Positions 12,012-24,652 of a DNA stretch of 64,000 bases are shown one piece after another; positions within the stretch are counted from its first letter, which is position 1, and each line of letters starts with the position of its first letter. The position numbers and the translations under genes are program-made. The stretch spans positions 225,742,001-225,806,000 of the forward strand of contig OZ024742.1 in assembly GCA_964016885.1 (NCBI GenBank), in the 5' to 3' direction. The notes below the pieces were generated by a model, which was not told the DNA's origin, did no database searches, and worked only from the letters and a program-made list of their open reading frames with translations. This stretch comes from Eledone cirrhosa (taxonomy: Eukaryota).

Positions 12012-12163
12012 CAGGGCTTCTCAAACATTTTCCATTTAAGACTCCTCTGTGCCATAAATACAGTTGGCACTAAATATTTAACATAAAGAGTATCCTCCAC
12101 AACATTGCAAAATCTTTACTGGACCTCCTGGGGGTGTTGCTACCAACAGTTTGAGAAGCTCTG
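12012..12163. mobile_element. hAT-like MITE
   Basis: TIRs CAGGGCTTCTCAAAC / GTTTGAGAAGCTCTG; no 8-bp TSD evident. Confidence 0.6.
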
Positions 12164-12251
12164 CTGTTGCTGATATACAAACAAAAGAAGTATTAGAAAT
12201 TTTTATGGTTCCTTGTTTATTGAAGAGAGGATGTCTTTTTTTGTTCTTCAG

Positions 12252-12376
12252 CCCTTTCAGTGTGTTTCCTATTACTGGCAACATTGCTGTTAATGCCAAC
12301 TGCCAGATAGATATTGAGTTTTACCCAACAAAGGTGGGGAATCATCAAGGACTACTCTATCTCAGATATGACACAG
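12252..12376 (+). CDS. HYDIN: HYDIN coding exon 6
   Basis: PFSVFPITGNIAVNANCQIDIEFYPTKVGNHQGLLYLRYDT(G); phase 2 in, phase 1 out, consistent with neighbours. Confidence 0.92.
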
Positions 12377-12636
12377 GTAATATTTGAATAACACACACAC
12401 ATACATCTCTCTCTGTCTCTTCCCCCCCCCTCTCTATATATATATCATCATCATCATTATCATGATCACCGTTTAACATCCATTTTTCCACGCTGGCATG
12501 AGTTAGACAAGTTATCCTGTTGTGAGCAATGCCAGGTCAGGTGATCATGTCTTGCTCACATAGCACTGATTTTAGCTTGGTTTCTACAGCTGGATGCCCT
12601 TCTTAGCATCAACCTCATTTGTTTATTGGATAATAT

Positions 12637-12700
12637 GCACATATAATGCAAGTATACTTGTTCGGCAAACAAGAGGTGTGGGTTCAACTCCCACGTGTGC
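12637..12700 (+). pseudogene. tRNA-like sequence with truncated D arm (tRNA pseudogene or SINE head)
   Basis: GCACAT/GTGTGC acceptor-like stem, CTTGT-TCGGCAA-ACAAG anticodon-like arm, GTGGG-TTCAACT-CCCAC T arm, and a T6 run 11 nt downstream. Confidence 0.55.
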
Positions 12701-13979
12701 TGATACCTAACTTTTTCTGTTCAGTGGGTTTATACATTCCATTATCTGGCTATTTTATTTAGTCAAATGTTACAGTGAAGCCTTCTATTTCTATTTCAGT
12801 TTTCATGTTTGTGTGTGTATATATATGAATAACACATACACACACAAATATAAATTGAAATAAACTCATCTTAATTTAATTGTAACATAAAAAATCAATG
12901 AAAATTAGATGTGAAAATATCAAAATTCAGAGCATACTCATACTATATTATTATAGAAACAACAATAATTATATTTTGTAATCATCATCATCATCATTTT
13001 ACATCCATCTTCCACACTAGTGGGCAATGCTAGGTCAGGTGACCATGTCTTGTTCATACAGAACTGATTTCGGCTTGGTTTCTACAGCTGGATGCCCTTC
13101 CTAACACCAACCTCATTTACAGTGAGTACTGGGTGCCCTTTGTCATGACTCCTACATGACCATTTTACAGTGTGGACTGAGTGGTTTTTGTCATGACACC
13201 TACACGACCACTTTACAGTGTGGACTGGGTGCCTCCTATCATGAAACCTACCACCATCACCATTATAATCATCGTTTAACGTCCATATTCCACACTAGCA
13301 TAGATATATATATAAGCTCATTTATGTTTAGTGTGTATATCCTCCATCTCAGTCTCTCTCTCACATCCTCTTTCATTACCATATTCCAAATAAAATAAAC
13401 TGTTTTTCAATTGATTAATGAAGAATTAAGAAGGATTTGTAACATAACAGAAGGTCCTTATATGAAATATATGTTAGAAGAATTTAATTTAAATAGGAAC
13501 TCTTTAAAATGGTTGGTTTTGCCTTATAGAAGTGTCAAATACATGACAACCTCCTTAAGTGCTGGTGTCACTTTAAACTGCATCTGGTGAACTCTGTAGA
13601 CTTGGAATGTATGTAAGCGAGATGCAGCCCCCAGCCCATTTGATATGTCAGTAGCTCCACTTAGATACTGACCCATTCTGTAATGACCTGTCCAACCTTT
13701 GCTAGTGAGGATAACAAATATTAAATAATGATGATGATGATGACAATATTTCAATTTGAATTGATTAATTAAGTATTATTTTATTATTAAAATGGCATCT
13801 CTCTCTTTAAGATTGACATGTTCCCAGACTGCATTTGTTTACTTAGTGGAATGAGAAATAATGTTTCCATTGGTCTTTTCATTGCTGATACTACCTACCG
13901 GTTTGCTGGCAGAAGGAGCAACCTGAAATAAAGTGCCTTGCTCAAAGGCATAACACATCACTTGGTTTGGGAATTACTC

Positions 13980-14322
13980 AGAAGGCTACATACAATTCTA
14001 CTTGTAGAAAAATTCACTTCATAGAAATACGTTTAAATTATTTTAACAAATCTATAAATAAAATATTTAAAAGCAAAATATAAAGAACGAAAACACAAAC
14101 AAATATAATATATACAAATATAAAAGCATAAAAGAGAGAGAAAAAAACATAAAAAGGTGGGGTGGGGGGGGAATTCACCACTAATTGCGATAATTGGCCG
14201 TATATCCCATCATAAAGGTTAACTAAATACTTTGAGGCAAGTCAATACACTCACACCATTGCCACAGATGATGGTATGGCTAAGGCGCTGAAACAACCAG
14301 GCACCTCAGTAAGGTGAGCTGA
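13980..14322 (-). mobile_element. CRE-clade retrotransposon 3' fragment interrupting a SINE
   Basis: 14230-14320 is homologous to 46480-46585 and 15730-15830; the two halves of a minus-strand SINE flank it (13810-13978 and 14321-14377). Confidence 0.6.
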
Positions 14323-14406
14323 ATTCACAATCTCACAATTGTGAATCCAAGTCTCTAACCACTAAGCCATGTGCCTATAGTAGAAATCATTATTAAACTG
14401 TTAACT

Positions 14407-14830
14407 TGCAGAATCGGTAGAGCGTCGGACACCATGCTTTGCAGCATAGAATTTATGGCTCTTTAAGTTCTGAGTTCAAATCCCGCTTAGGTTAGCTTTG
14501 TCTTTCATCCTTGTGTGGTTGATAAAATAAAGTTCCAGTCATGTACTGTGGTTGATTTAATTGACCCCCCCCCCCCCCCCCCCAAAAAAAAAAAATTGCT
14601 TGCCTTGTCCCTAAATCAGAAATCATTATTAAGCTGGGCGGTGGATTGGCAGTATCGGTAGAGGGTCGGACGCCATGCTTTGCAGCAAAGAGTTACGGCC
14701 CTTTATGATCTGAGTTCGAATCCCACCAGGGTTAACTTTGCCTTTCATCCTTACGGGGTCAATAAAATAAAGTACCAGTAATGTACTGGGATAATTGCTG
14801 GCCTTGTGCCAAAAGTAGAAATAATTATTA
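14407..14830 (+). mobile_element. Two tandem Meta-domain-type SINEs
   Basis: Same head, central domain and tail as the copies at 10063-10605. Confidence 0.8.
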
Positions 14831-15000
14831 AGCTGGTATTTGTAACATAACAAAAGGTTTTTCTTATATCAAATTATGTTGGAAGATTTTGATTTAAATA
14901 GGAACTGTATAAAATGGTTAGTTTTTGTTTTATCGAATGAAATATTGTTTTGGGTGGGTTGGTATCAAAAGTGTTAAAACATTTGATGTTATGTTTGTAG

Positions 15001-15202
15001 GTGAAATGTTGTCAATAACACTGCATGCCGTTGCCGAAGACATTAACATACGGTTGGATAGGAACTCAATTCGTATTGAAAACACTTTCATCTCATTAAC
15101 CAATCAGAAAAGTATATTTATTCACAATCGGACTGATGTTGTTGCCAGATATAAATGGAGTAATTTTTCTAATTGGATGGAAGAGGAGCAAGAGAAAGAC
15201 AA
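15001..15202 (+). CDS. HYDIN: HYDIN coding exon 7
   Basis: (G)EMLSITLHAVAEDINIRLDRNSIRIENTFISLTNQKSIFIHNRTD...EEEQEKD(K). Confidence 0.93.
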
Positions 15203-15399
15203 GTAAGGAATTTTTCATTTATATATTTTGTCAACAGCTGTAGAAAAATGCCATAAAAAGTCTTGTTCAAGATATACCACTATTTTTTATTTGGGGGGAT
15301 CCGTTTTTTTTTGCGGATCCCTTTTTTATTAGGGGGGATCCCTTTTTTATTTAGGGGGATCGCGCGCGCACATACACACACTGTCCTATTACCACCCAA

Positions 15400-16083
15400 G
15401 AGCTTTGGCCCAGGCAAACATACCCTCAATCTTGGAGCCGTCTGGGTTTTCCTGAATTGATGGGAAAAGACTTTACGGTTTTACTCTGTTGTGCTCCTGG
15501 TGAAGAGGCAGGTTCCTTAGCTGGGACGTCACAGTTATTGACCCTTTTGCTTCTTCCCACATTCTGGATGCAGCAGTAAGGGCGAGAAGCTACAGCATCC
15601 GCAGCTGAACAGAACAAAATCCTAAAATACCGTGTTCTGTCAGCTAACTACATTATCCAGCCTGTGGCATTCGAGGGAGTCAGGCTACTGACAGCGAGAT
15701 TCTTATCTTCACTGGCGGCTTGCCAAACAGAGGTAACTGGTGATGCTCGTGAGGGCACTTGGTTGTTCCAGCATCTCAGCCTTGCCATCACCCTAGGTAA
15801 CGCTGCGCATGTACTGGCCTGCTTCAAAAATTATTAGAGAGGTTTCCCAGTGCTCCTCGCTATATTGCTATCTTTTGCTCTGTTAGCGGCTCTTTTACCA
15901 CTCTTTCGCCTGCATATTGTTCTGTGGCCTAAGATGTGTGTATTACCTACTTGTGTATTTTTTCTCTTTCTTTTTTTCATTTCCCTTTCCTTTGTACATA
16001 TTATATTTGTTAGTGTTTTCATTTTGTAACCATTACAGTAAATTAGTAGTAAATTAGTAGTAAATTAGTTGAAAAAAAAAAAG
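15400..16083 (+). mobile_element. CRE-clade non-LTR retrotransposon 3' fragment (restriction-like endonuclease domain, 3' UTR, poly-A)
   Basis: Frameshifted translation EPSG..GK..DG...WDVTVIDPFASSH...AEQNK..KY...QPVAFE...VTGDAREGTWLFQHLSLAITLGNAAHVLAC fits the CRE RLE C-terminus; A-run at 16072-16083. Confidence 0.75.
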
Positions 16084-16149
16084 AGTTAATAAAATAAATA
16101 AAGAGTTAATAAATAAATAAAACGTTATACCTCTTTTACCCTCCCTTTT

Positions 16150-16864
16150 CCAATTTCACCGAATGCTGCTATCATGACTATGTGTGTGTTTGTGTAAATG
16201 TATGTGTGAATGTATGTATGTTTGTGTGAAAGTATGTGTGAATGTATGTATATTTGTGTGAATTACGTCCGTGAGAGTGTATTTTTATAAGTTTGTGTTT
16301 GCGCGATTATAGTTATATACTCATACATATAGATGTATGTATGTGCACAATCATACGCGTCAACATGTAGAAAATCATAATCTTTCTATCTCTCTCATCA
16401 CACACTCTCTTTCTATATATATGGTAGTTGAAATGGGGGTGGTAGCGACGATATACCGGAAGTGCAACTTTGAAAAGAAGTCAATTTTAAATTATTTATT
16501 TTTACGAAATTATTTATGTTTACGAAATTTAGTACATAAATTATGTAATATTCATTCATTATTTATTCAAAGTAATATTATTCACAGGGCGGTAAATTGG
16601 CAGTATCGGTAGAGGGTCAGACATGCTTTCCAGCTTAGTTACGTCCCTTTACGATCTGAGTTCAAATCCCGCCGAGGTTAACTGTGCCTTTCATCCTTAT
16701 GATGTCGATAAAATAAAGTACCAGTAATGTACTGGGTAATTTCTGGCCTTGTGCCAAAAGTAGAAACAATTATTTATTCAAAGTAATCCAACTTATTTTA
16801 TTAACTGGATTAAAAGAAATAAACCATACGCAGTCCCGCAGACCTTCCTTTATTATAGTTTAGA
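16150..16864 (-). mobile_element. Non-autonomous Helitron-like element carrying a SINE (16587-16770)
   Basis: Right end TTTATTATAGTTTAGA|T is the reverse complement of a 5'-TC terminus; homologous to 21961-22447; left boundary uncertain. Confidence 0.6.
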
Positions 16865-17051
16865 TTATTCAATATAAAACTCATGAATACATTTATGATG
16901 AAAGGCTTCAAACAGTTTGAAATGAACAGCTTAGAATCTGGGGTAGTTTCAGGTGGTTTAGTAGGGTTAAACTGATTCTTTATCTTTCCTTTCCTCTAGC
17001 CAATATACCGGTATGTGTTTATAGTTTCTTTCTTTCTTCGTATACTTGAAG

Positions 17052-17178
17052 ATTTATCTCTGATGTTGAGAAGACGCAAGAAATCGAAGCTGAGACGTTC
17101 ATAGGAGAATATTTCCAGGACCCTACTCTACGTGACAAACTCTCCATACTGAATCGATCCTTTCAGAATAGACGGAAG
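17052..17178 (+). CDS. HYDIN: HYDIN coding exon 8
   Basis: FISDVEKTQEIEAETFIGEYFQDPTLRDKLSILNRSFQNRRK; phases fit. Confidence 0.88.
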
Positions 17179-18758
17179 GTAATTTCATCAGTCTAACCTC
17201 TACCCCATTGGAATTGACATTGTTATCGTCGCTTTCATTGTCATCACCGCTGTTATCATCAATCTAACCATCACCATGTTGGAAACATCATCATTATCGT
17301 CAATATCAATATCATTATCATCAATATCATCATCATCATCAATCTAACCATCAACATATTAGAATCATCAGCCCTACCACCACCACCACCACCACCACTA
17401 CCACTACCACCATCATTATCACCATCACCACCACCACCACCATCATTATCACCATCACCACTGCCAATACCACCATTGTCTAACTAGCAGCATGTTGAAA
17501 TCATCATCATTCACCATCACCATTAATCTAACCTGCACTCTATTGAAAACATTTTCACTCAAACAATTATAGAATTAATTGTAACTAAACACCTTGTTAA
17601 TTAAGATGTCATTAGAGTGTTGGGTTAAATGCTTTGAGGTATTTGTTCCAGCTTTCTGGGTTCTGAGTTAAAATCCCGCTGAGGTCAATTTTGCCTTTCA
17701 TCCCTTTTTTTTTTAATGATCAACAAGATCCCAGACCTCATTCGCTTACTGAATGGGGTGGAACTTGTCAAATTGGACCAAGAAAACAGCATTTCCATTG
17801 ATCTTTCCATTGCCGATACTATTTACTGGTTGTAACTCCTGACAGAAAGAGTAATGTGAAATAAAGTGTCTTGCTCAAGGACATAATGCATCAACCGGGA
17901 ATTGAACTCGCAACCTCACAATTGCAAATTCAATTCTTTAACCACTAAATCACATGCCTTCATCTTTTTGGTGTCGTTAAATAAAGTACCTGTGCAGGAG
18001 TGTTGGATTGGTGGAATTGTAAAAAGCTTTGGATAAGATCCTTTGTAGTGTCTGTTTCAGCTCTCTGTGTTCTCAGTTACACCTTACACAACCCACACTT
18101 GGTCAATGTGGACATGTAGGCTTAAAGAAGCAGCATAGTTGTGGCTTCATCCTGCTGGGGATTGAACACAGTTGGGTGGAAATCTTTGATAATGAAAGTA
18201 TATGGTATAGTGGTTAGAGTGTTGGTCACATGATTGTAAGGTTGAAGGTTTGATTCCCTGAACTAGGAGGCATGTTGTGTCCTTAAGTAAAAACATTTCA
18301 TTTCACATTGCTCCAATCCACTCAGATGAAAATATGAACCTCCAGTACTAGCAGTAGCAGTAGCAGCTGGAGGTCCACCTTATGATGAACTTTCAGTTGT
18401 TTAACTCTTAACGTCCTAAACCACATTAACAAGACATTCTTGGAAAGTACAAAACACCACTATGACTACATCACATTTTAAGATTTTACTTTAGTTTACT
18501 GCAAATTTTCACAATGATTTGTTCACTAAATCAATAAACTGATTTTTAGATATTTTCTGCTAAATTATTATAAGATGGTAAGAGTTAACACCCTGTTTTG
18601 TACTCTCCGTTGCTTAACACCATATGAAACTGTGCTAAGCTCCAGCAGTTCCAGCCTGCTCAACCAACCCATCCCAACAAGAAAAGGTAAATGTAAAGAT
18701 GACATTGATGATGATGATGATGAAATTATTCTAATTATTATGTATATTTTATTTGCAG

Positions 18759-19258
18759 TTAATTGAAAGTGGTAAAGGTTTATTTTATGATGAAGTTTTC
18801 AAAATTGAACCGATTGAGGGTGAGATCTGGCCGAACCAAACTATGCAAATCAATGTAATTTTTAAACCTTTAGAAGCAAAGACGTACTCTAAAACAGCCT
18901 ATTGTGAAATCAATGGACGGGAGAACCGCCTCCCTCTACAATTACGTGGAGAAGGCAAAGGACCTAAGGTTCAACTCTCTGTGGAGATCATGGATATTGG
19001 CCCAATATTCATCTGTTCTTGTCATTACTATGAAGTGATTTTTGCTAACTGTGGACAAATATTTGCCAATTATGTTATAACAAAAAGTGACACTGCATTT
19101 GCTTCGAACTTTCAGTTTGACCCAAACGAGGGGGTTGTACACCCAGGTGGTCATCAAGCAATAATGGTGATATTCCGAGGAAGCAGTTTAGGAGATTTTG
19201 ATGAAACTTTTAAATTTCAGGTAGAGGGTTTACCTCAACCAGTTCTACTCAAATTCAA
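18759..19258 (+). CDS. HYDIN: HYDIN coding exon 9
   Basis: 500-nt exon: LFYDEVFKIEPIEGEIWPN...YCEINGRENRLPLQLRGEGKGPK...PVLLKF (ASH/Hydin Ig-like repeats). Confidence 0.95.
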
Positions 19259-20394
19259 GTGAGTTGGTTTAAAAACAATTTATATCTCTTTTTATTATAT
19301 TTTGATATAATTAATATAGGTGCAGGCATAGTTATGTGGTTAAGATGTTTGCTTTATAACTACATGGCTTTAGGCTTGGTCCTAATGTATAGATTCTTGG
19401 GGAAGTGTCTTCTACTATAGTCTCAAGCTAACCAATACCTAGTAATTGAATTTAGTTGATGGAAACTGTACAAAAGTTCATCATATATGTGTGTGTGTGT
19501 GTCTTTGTGTCTTCACTTTGCATTTGTGACTGCCTGTGCAATCAGTGATGTTTGTTTATGTCCTGCATAAACAATATGTTTTGCAGCTCAGTAGTTTGGC
19601 ATGTAAAGATCAGTACCCTAAAAAAAAAGATAAGGGCTGGTGCCAGGAAGAACATCAGGCTGTGGAATGGTTCCTTAAAAAAGTCCTGTCCAACCCATTT
19701 CAGTATGAAGGAGCAGACATGAAAATGATGAATTTCTATTGAAATGAATTCATGGCTTCATTTTTTTAAACCCTTTTGATAATAAACTCTTCAAAACTGT
19801 TTCTGGTTCTGTGGTACAAAACTGTTTATTTTAAAGTGTTTATCATCATCATCATCATCATTGTTTTTACATTCACTTTTCAATGCTAACATGGCTTGGA
19901 TGAGATGTTTTACAGCTGAATGTCTTTCCTGATGCCAACCATTTTAATTGCCTCTGATGATGTGCAGAGATACAGTGTACCTATTCTAAAAACATTCCAT
20001 CATAATTTTATGTAAAAACTGCTCCAGACACTGTTTTAATAATGAGAAAGTTAGTTGTATTGCCAAATCCCACTCTATTTCAATTAATTAATAAAGAATT
20101 TGGAGGAATTTACTGGACCTATTATTTCATTACTATTTGTAACATAACTTATTGTTTCTTATATGGGAATTTTTTAAAATGGGTGGCATTATAACTTTGT
20201 CTTTCATCTTTATGGTGTTGATAAAATAAAGTACCAGTAATGCACTGGGGTAATTGCTGGCCTTGTGGCAAAAAGTAGAAACAATTATTTTATAAAACCA
20301 GAGCCAGTTTTGGCCAGGATGCTATCAAAAAGGTTTATAAATTTTATAAATAATTTGTTTGATTTCTATTTTAAAATATTTTATCTTTTTGTAG

Positions 20395-20462
20395 AGGATC
20401 GGTGATTGGCCCCACATTCCATTTTGATGTAGCACAACTAGAGTTTGGCCATGTCTCCTATG
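20395..20462 (+). CDS. HYDIN: HYDIN coding exon 10
   Basis: GSVIGPTFHFDVAQLEFGHVSY(G); tgtag|...|gtaagt. Confidence 0.92.
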
Positions 20463-21960
20463 GTAAGTCAATGATTTGTATAAATTTACATTTACTGTTT
20501 AGTTAGGGAGTGAAGGACAAGGTTCATGATCCTTTTCAGGGCTTCTGAGACTGATAGGGGGTGGTAGGGATGGAAGGGGAAAGGTATTCTCAAACTAGGG
20601 ACTTAGTCCAAATGCTGTCATCAGAGTTGACTCCACTAAAACCGTCCAAGGACCATTTGGGGGTATTAAACTGAGTGATGGATTAAGTCAACTACCCAAC
20701 GGCCAAGTGGTGGTGTAAAACTGGGTGATGGATTGTCAGCAACCGAAGGGGCAGGTGGTGGTGTTAAATCTGATGGAGGATTAAATCTACCACCCAAGGG
20801 CAATGTGTTATTAATCTAGGTGACAGTAAATCTGCTGCCCAAGGGCCAGGTAATGTTGACCTGGGCGACAGAGTAAGTCTACCACCCAAGTAGGCCATAG
20901 CACAGTTTGAACTTAGAACACAAAGAATCAGAACAAATACCACCAAGTATCTTGTCAGATGCTCTACTGATTTCGCCAATTCACTGGTCTGTACTAAGAC
21001 TTTATCAGATGAAGCGAAAAAAAAAAATCTTGGTGGTGTTTGAACTCAGAGAACACAAATAGCCAGCACAAAAGCTATAAACTATTCTATTTGATGCTCT
21101 AATGACTGCCAATTTGTCATCTGAAAAATGTAGTAAATCAACAAAACAAACAACTGTGAATTTGAACTTATGTCTCTGAGCTCCTCGTCCAAAATCTTAA
21201 CCATTCTGCCAGTTTGTCCAAACATACTTTCACGTTATAAAGATTACAAAGTCATATCAATAAAGTATTTTTTAGTTAACCCTTTTGATACCAAACTAGC
21301 TGAAGTTCCAAATACCAGCTTAATAATGAGAACATTAGTTATGTTATTAAATCCCTCTAAATTCTTGATTATTTTCAAAATTACTTGAAAATCATAGGAA
21401 GTGGTCTTTTATGAGAACTATGGTTACAAAATGGTTTAAATATTTATATTTATCTAAAACCCTTCCATCATAATTTTTTATATATTTGTTCTTAACACTA
21501 ACTTAGTAATGATTATTTTCAAAGTTAATTGAAAATCAATGGCTGTGTCCTTCATTAGAAATATGGTGACACCAAGGTTGTCCCATTCACACTTCTTTTT
21601 GAAGGGAGAACTTCCTTTTGCTCACCTTAATAGACATATACAGAGGGTCATGGCTGTAACCAAAACCAAAACCAAAAGAGCATGTCTTGAATGAAAAAAA
21701 AATAAAAAAATTCATAAACATAAATTTCTAACTCTTTTGAAACCAGACTTCCTTAAACTCTGCCCCTGGTTCTATGCTACAAAACCATCTATTTTATAGA
21801 GTTATCTAAAAACCTGTTATAATTTTATGTAAGAATCTTTGTTATGTTCCAAATACCTGCTTAATAGTGGGAAATTTAATTATATTACTAAATCCTTTCA
21901 TATTCTTAATTATTTCTGAAATTAATTAAAAATCATAAGCAGTGTATTTCATTAGAAATT

Positions 21961-22447
21961 CTAGCAGAAAAACCACCCTTCGGGTGGTTTTCTGCTAGCA
22001 TGTGTAGTGTGTATAATGATATTATATGCAGGTATATATACATGTAGATGTGATACATCAAATAAAATCGTAATTGACAATATATAATACATAGAAATTG
22101 AACGAAGACTGCGTTACACTGTCTTATTTAATCAGTAACGTAATCCATGATACATTAAAAAAGACAACATTATATATAAACTGCATTAGGAGAAAATTAG
22201 TGACAGAAAATTAGTATGTTTATTTAAGCGATGGCCAACCGGAAGTGTTGACATTTCAGAAATTTTTAAAAAGAAGTGAATCTATAAATAAATAAAATAT
22301 ATTTAATCAACAGCCACGAAATTTAGTAGATAAATTATGTAATATTCATTCATTATTTATTCAAAGTAATCCAATTTATTTTACTAATGAGATAAAAAAT
22401 TATAAACCGTACGCAGTCCCGCGCTCCTTACTTTATTATAGTTTAGA
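21961..22447 (-). mobile_element. Non-autonomous Helitron
   Basis: Minus strand starts TCTAAACTATAATAAAG and ends with the hairpin AAAACCACCCGAAGGGTGGTTTT followed by CTAG; it splits the host repeat ATTAGAAAT..TGGTAATGAAAG with no TSD. Confidence 0.8.
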
Positions 22448-22949
22448 TGGTAATGAAAGCTTACAATATAGGCTCATGCATAAGTCACTCTGATAGATAA
22501 GTCATGCCTTCATTTTATATCCAACATTCTTGGTTCAGCACTTGACTCACATATAAGGTTCAGTAGATAAGTCCTTGCTGGTTTTTACATTTTCTAATGG
22601 AAAAGGGTGTGAATTATGTATGTGTACCCTGTGTCATGTGAAGCAATTAAAAGAGTTGGTCATAGTAAGGGTATACAGCCATAAAACATTGCTTCAAAAT
22701 GGACCCTATGAAGAGTATAAAGCCAGTCATTGTGCCTGCAAGGTTAACCTGGCTCCATCAAGGGAACTGGTCTTAAAACACTTGCAGTATTTATATATAT
22801 ATATATCAGAGTGACACAGGACTGAGATCTCTAGCGTTACACAGCGTTACAGCAGACCATATAGATATTATGCACCACCCTACCCCACCCACTCACTCCC
22901 ATATACATCTCCTGTGAGGACAGGCTGAAGCATACATCAAGTGAAGTCT

Positions 22950-24652
22950 CCAGCCCACACTAAAGTGGTCGTGATGGCGACATGGCAAAAAGCGCCCAGC
23001 CCACACTGTAAAGTGGTCGTGATGGCGACATGGCAAAAAGTGCCCAGCCCACACTGTAAAGTGGTTGTGATGGCGACATGGCAAAAAGTGCCCAGCCCAC
23101 ATTGTAAAGTGGTCGTGATGGCGACATGGCAAAAAGCGCCCAGCCCACATTGTAAAGTGGTCGTGATGGCGACACGGCAAAAAGCGCCCAGCCCACACTG
23201 TAAAGTGGTCGTGATGGCGACACGGCAAAAAGCGCCCAGCCCACACTGTAAAGTGGTCGTGATGGCGACATGGCAAAAAGCGCCCAGCCCACACTGTAAA
23301 GTGGTCGTGATGGCGACATGGCAAAAAGCGCCCAGCCCACATTGTAAAGTGGTTGTGATGGCGACATGGCAAAAAGTGCCCAGCCCACATTGTAAAGTGG
23401 TCGTGATGGCGACACGGCAAAAAGCGCCCAGCTCACACTGTAAAGTGGTCGTGATGGCGACACGGCAAAAAGCGCCCAGCCCACATTGTAAAGTGGTTGT
23501 GATGGCGACATGGCAAAAAGTGCCCAGCCCACATTGTAAAGTGGTCGTGATGGCGACACGGCAAAAAGCGCCCAGCCCATACTGTAAAGTGGTCGTGATG
23601 GCGACACGGCAAAAAGCGCCCAGCCCACACTGTAAAGTGGTCGTGATGGCGACATGGCAAAAAGTGCCCAGCCCACACTGTAAAGTGGTTGTGATGGCGA
23701 CATGGCAAAAAGTGCCCAGCCCACATTGTAAAGTGGTCGTGATGGCGACATGGCAAAAAGCGCCCAGCCCACATTGTAAAGTGGTCGTGATGGTGACACG
23801 GCAAAAAGCGCCCAGCCCACACTGTAAAGTGGTCGTGATGGCGACATGGCAAAAAGCGCCCAGCCCACATTGTAAAGTGGTTGTGATGGCGACATGGCAA
23901 AAAGCGCCCAGCCCACATTGTAAAGTGGTCGTGATGGCGACATGGCAAAAAGCGCCCAGCCCACATTGTAAAGTGGTCGTGATGGCGACATGGCAAAAAG
24001 TGCCCAGCCCACATTGTAAAGTGGTCGTGATGGCGACACGGCAAAAAGCGCCCAGCCCACACTGTAAAGTGGTCGTGATGGCGACACGGCAAAAAGCGCC
24101 CAGCCCACACTGTAAAGTGGTCGTGATGGCGACATGGCAAAAAGTGCCCAGCCCACACTGTAAAGTGGTTGTGATGGCGACATGGCAAAAAGTGCCCAGC
24201 CCACATTGTAAAGTGGTCGTGATGGCGACATGGCAAAAAGCGCCCAGCCCACACTGTAAAGTGGTCGTGATGGCGACACGGCAAAAAGCGCCCAGCCCAC
24301 ACTGTAAAGTGGTCGTGATGGCGACATGGCAAAAAGCGCCCAGCCCACATTGTAAAGTGGTCGTGATGGCGACATGGCAAAAAGTGCCCAGCCCACATTG
24401 TAAAGTGGTTGTGATGGCGACATGGCAAAAAGCGCCCAGCCCACACTGTAAAGTGGTCGTGATGGCGACATGGCAAAAAGCGCCCAGCCCACACTATAAA
24501 GTGGTCATGATGGCGACATGGCAAAAAGTGCCCAGCCCACATTGTAAAGTGGTTGTGATGGCGATATGGCAAAAAAGTGCGCAGCCCACACTGTAAAGTG
24601 GTTGTGTGCAGGTGTCACGGCAAAAAGTAACCTGCCCACACTGTAAAGTGGT
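22950..24652 (+). repeat. 48-bp tandem array (34 near-identical units plus diverged end units) within an RTE 3'-UTR-derived element (~22810-24825)
   Basis: Unit CCCAGCCCACAYTGTAAAGTGGTYGTGATGGCGACAYGGCAAAAAGYG; flanks are homologous to 49140-49570 and to the RTE 3' UTR at 59060-59318. Confidence 0.95.

Noticed and set aside
22941-24596. 551-aa, 510-aa and 379-aa repetitive ORFs, or a CRISPR-like array
   Set aside because: These are a by-product of a stop-free 48-bp unit that is open on both strands. There are no unique spacers and no cas genes; the array is intronic and derived from an RTE 3' UTR.
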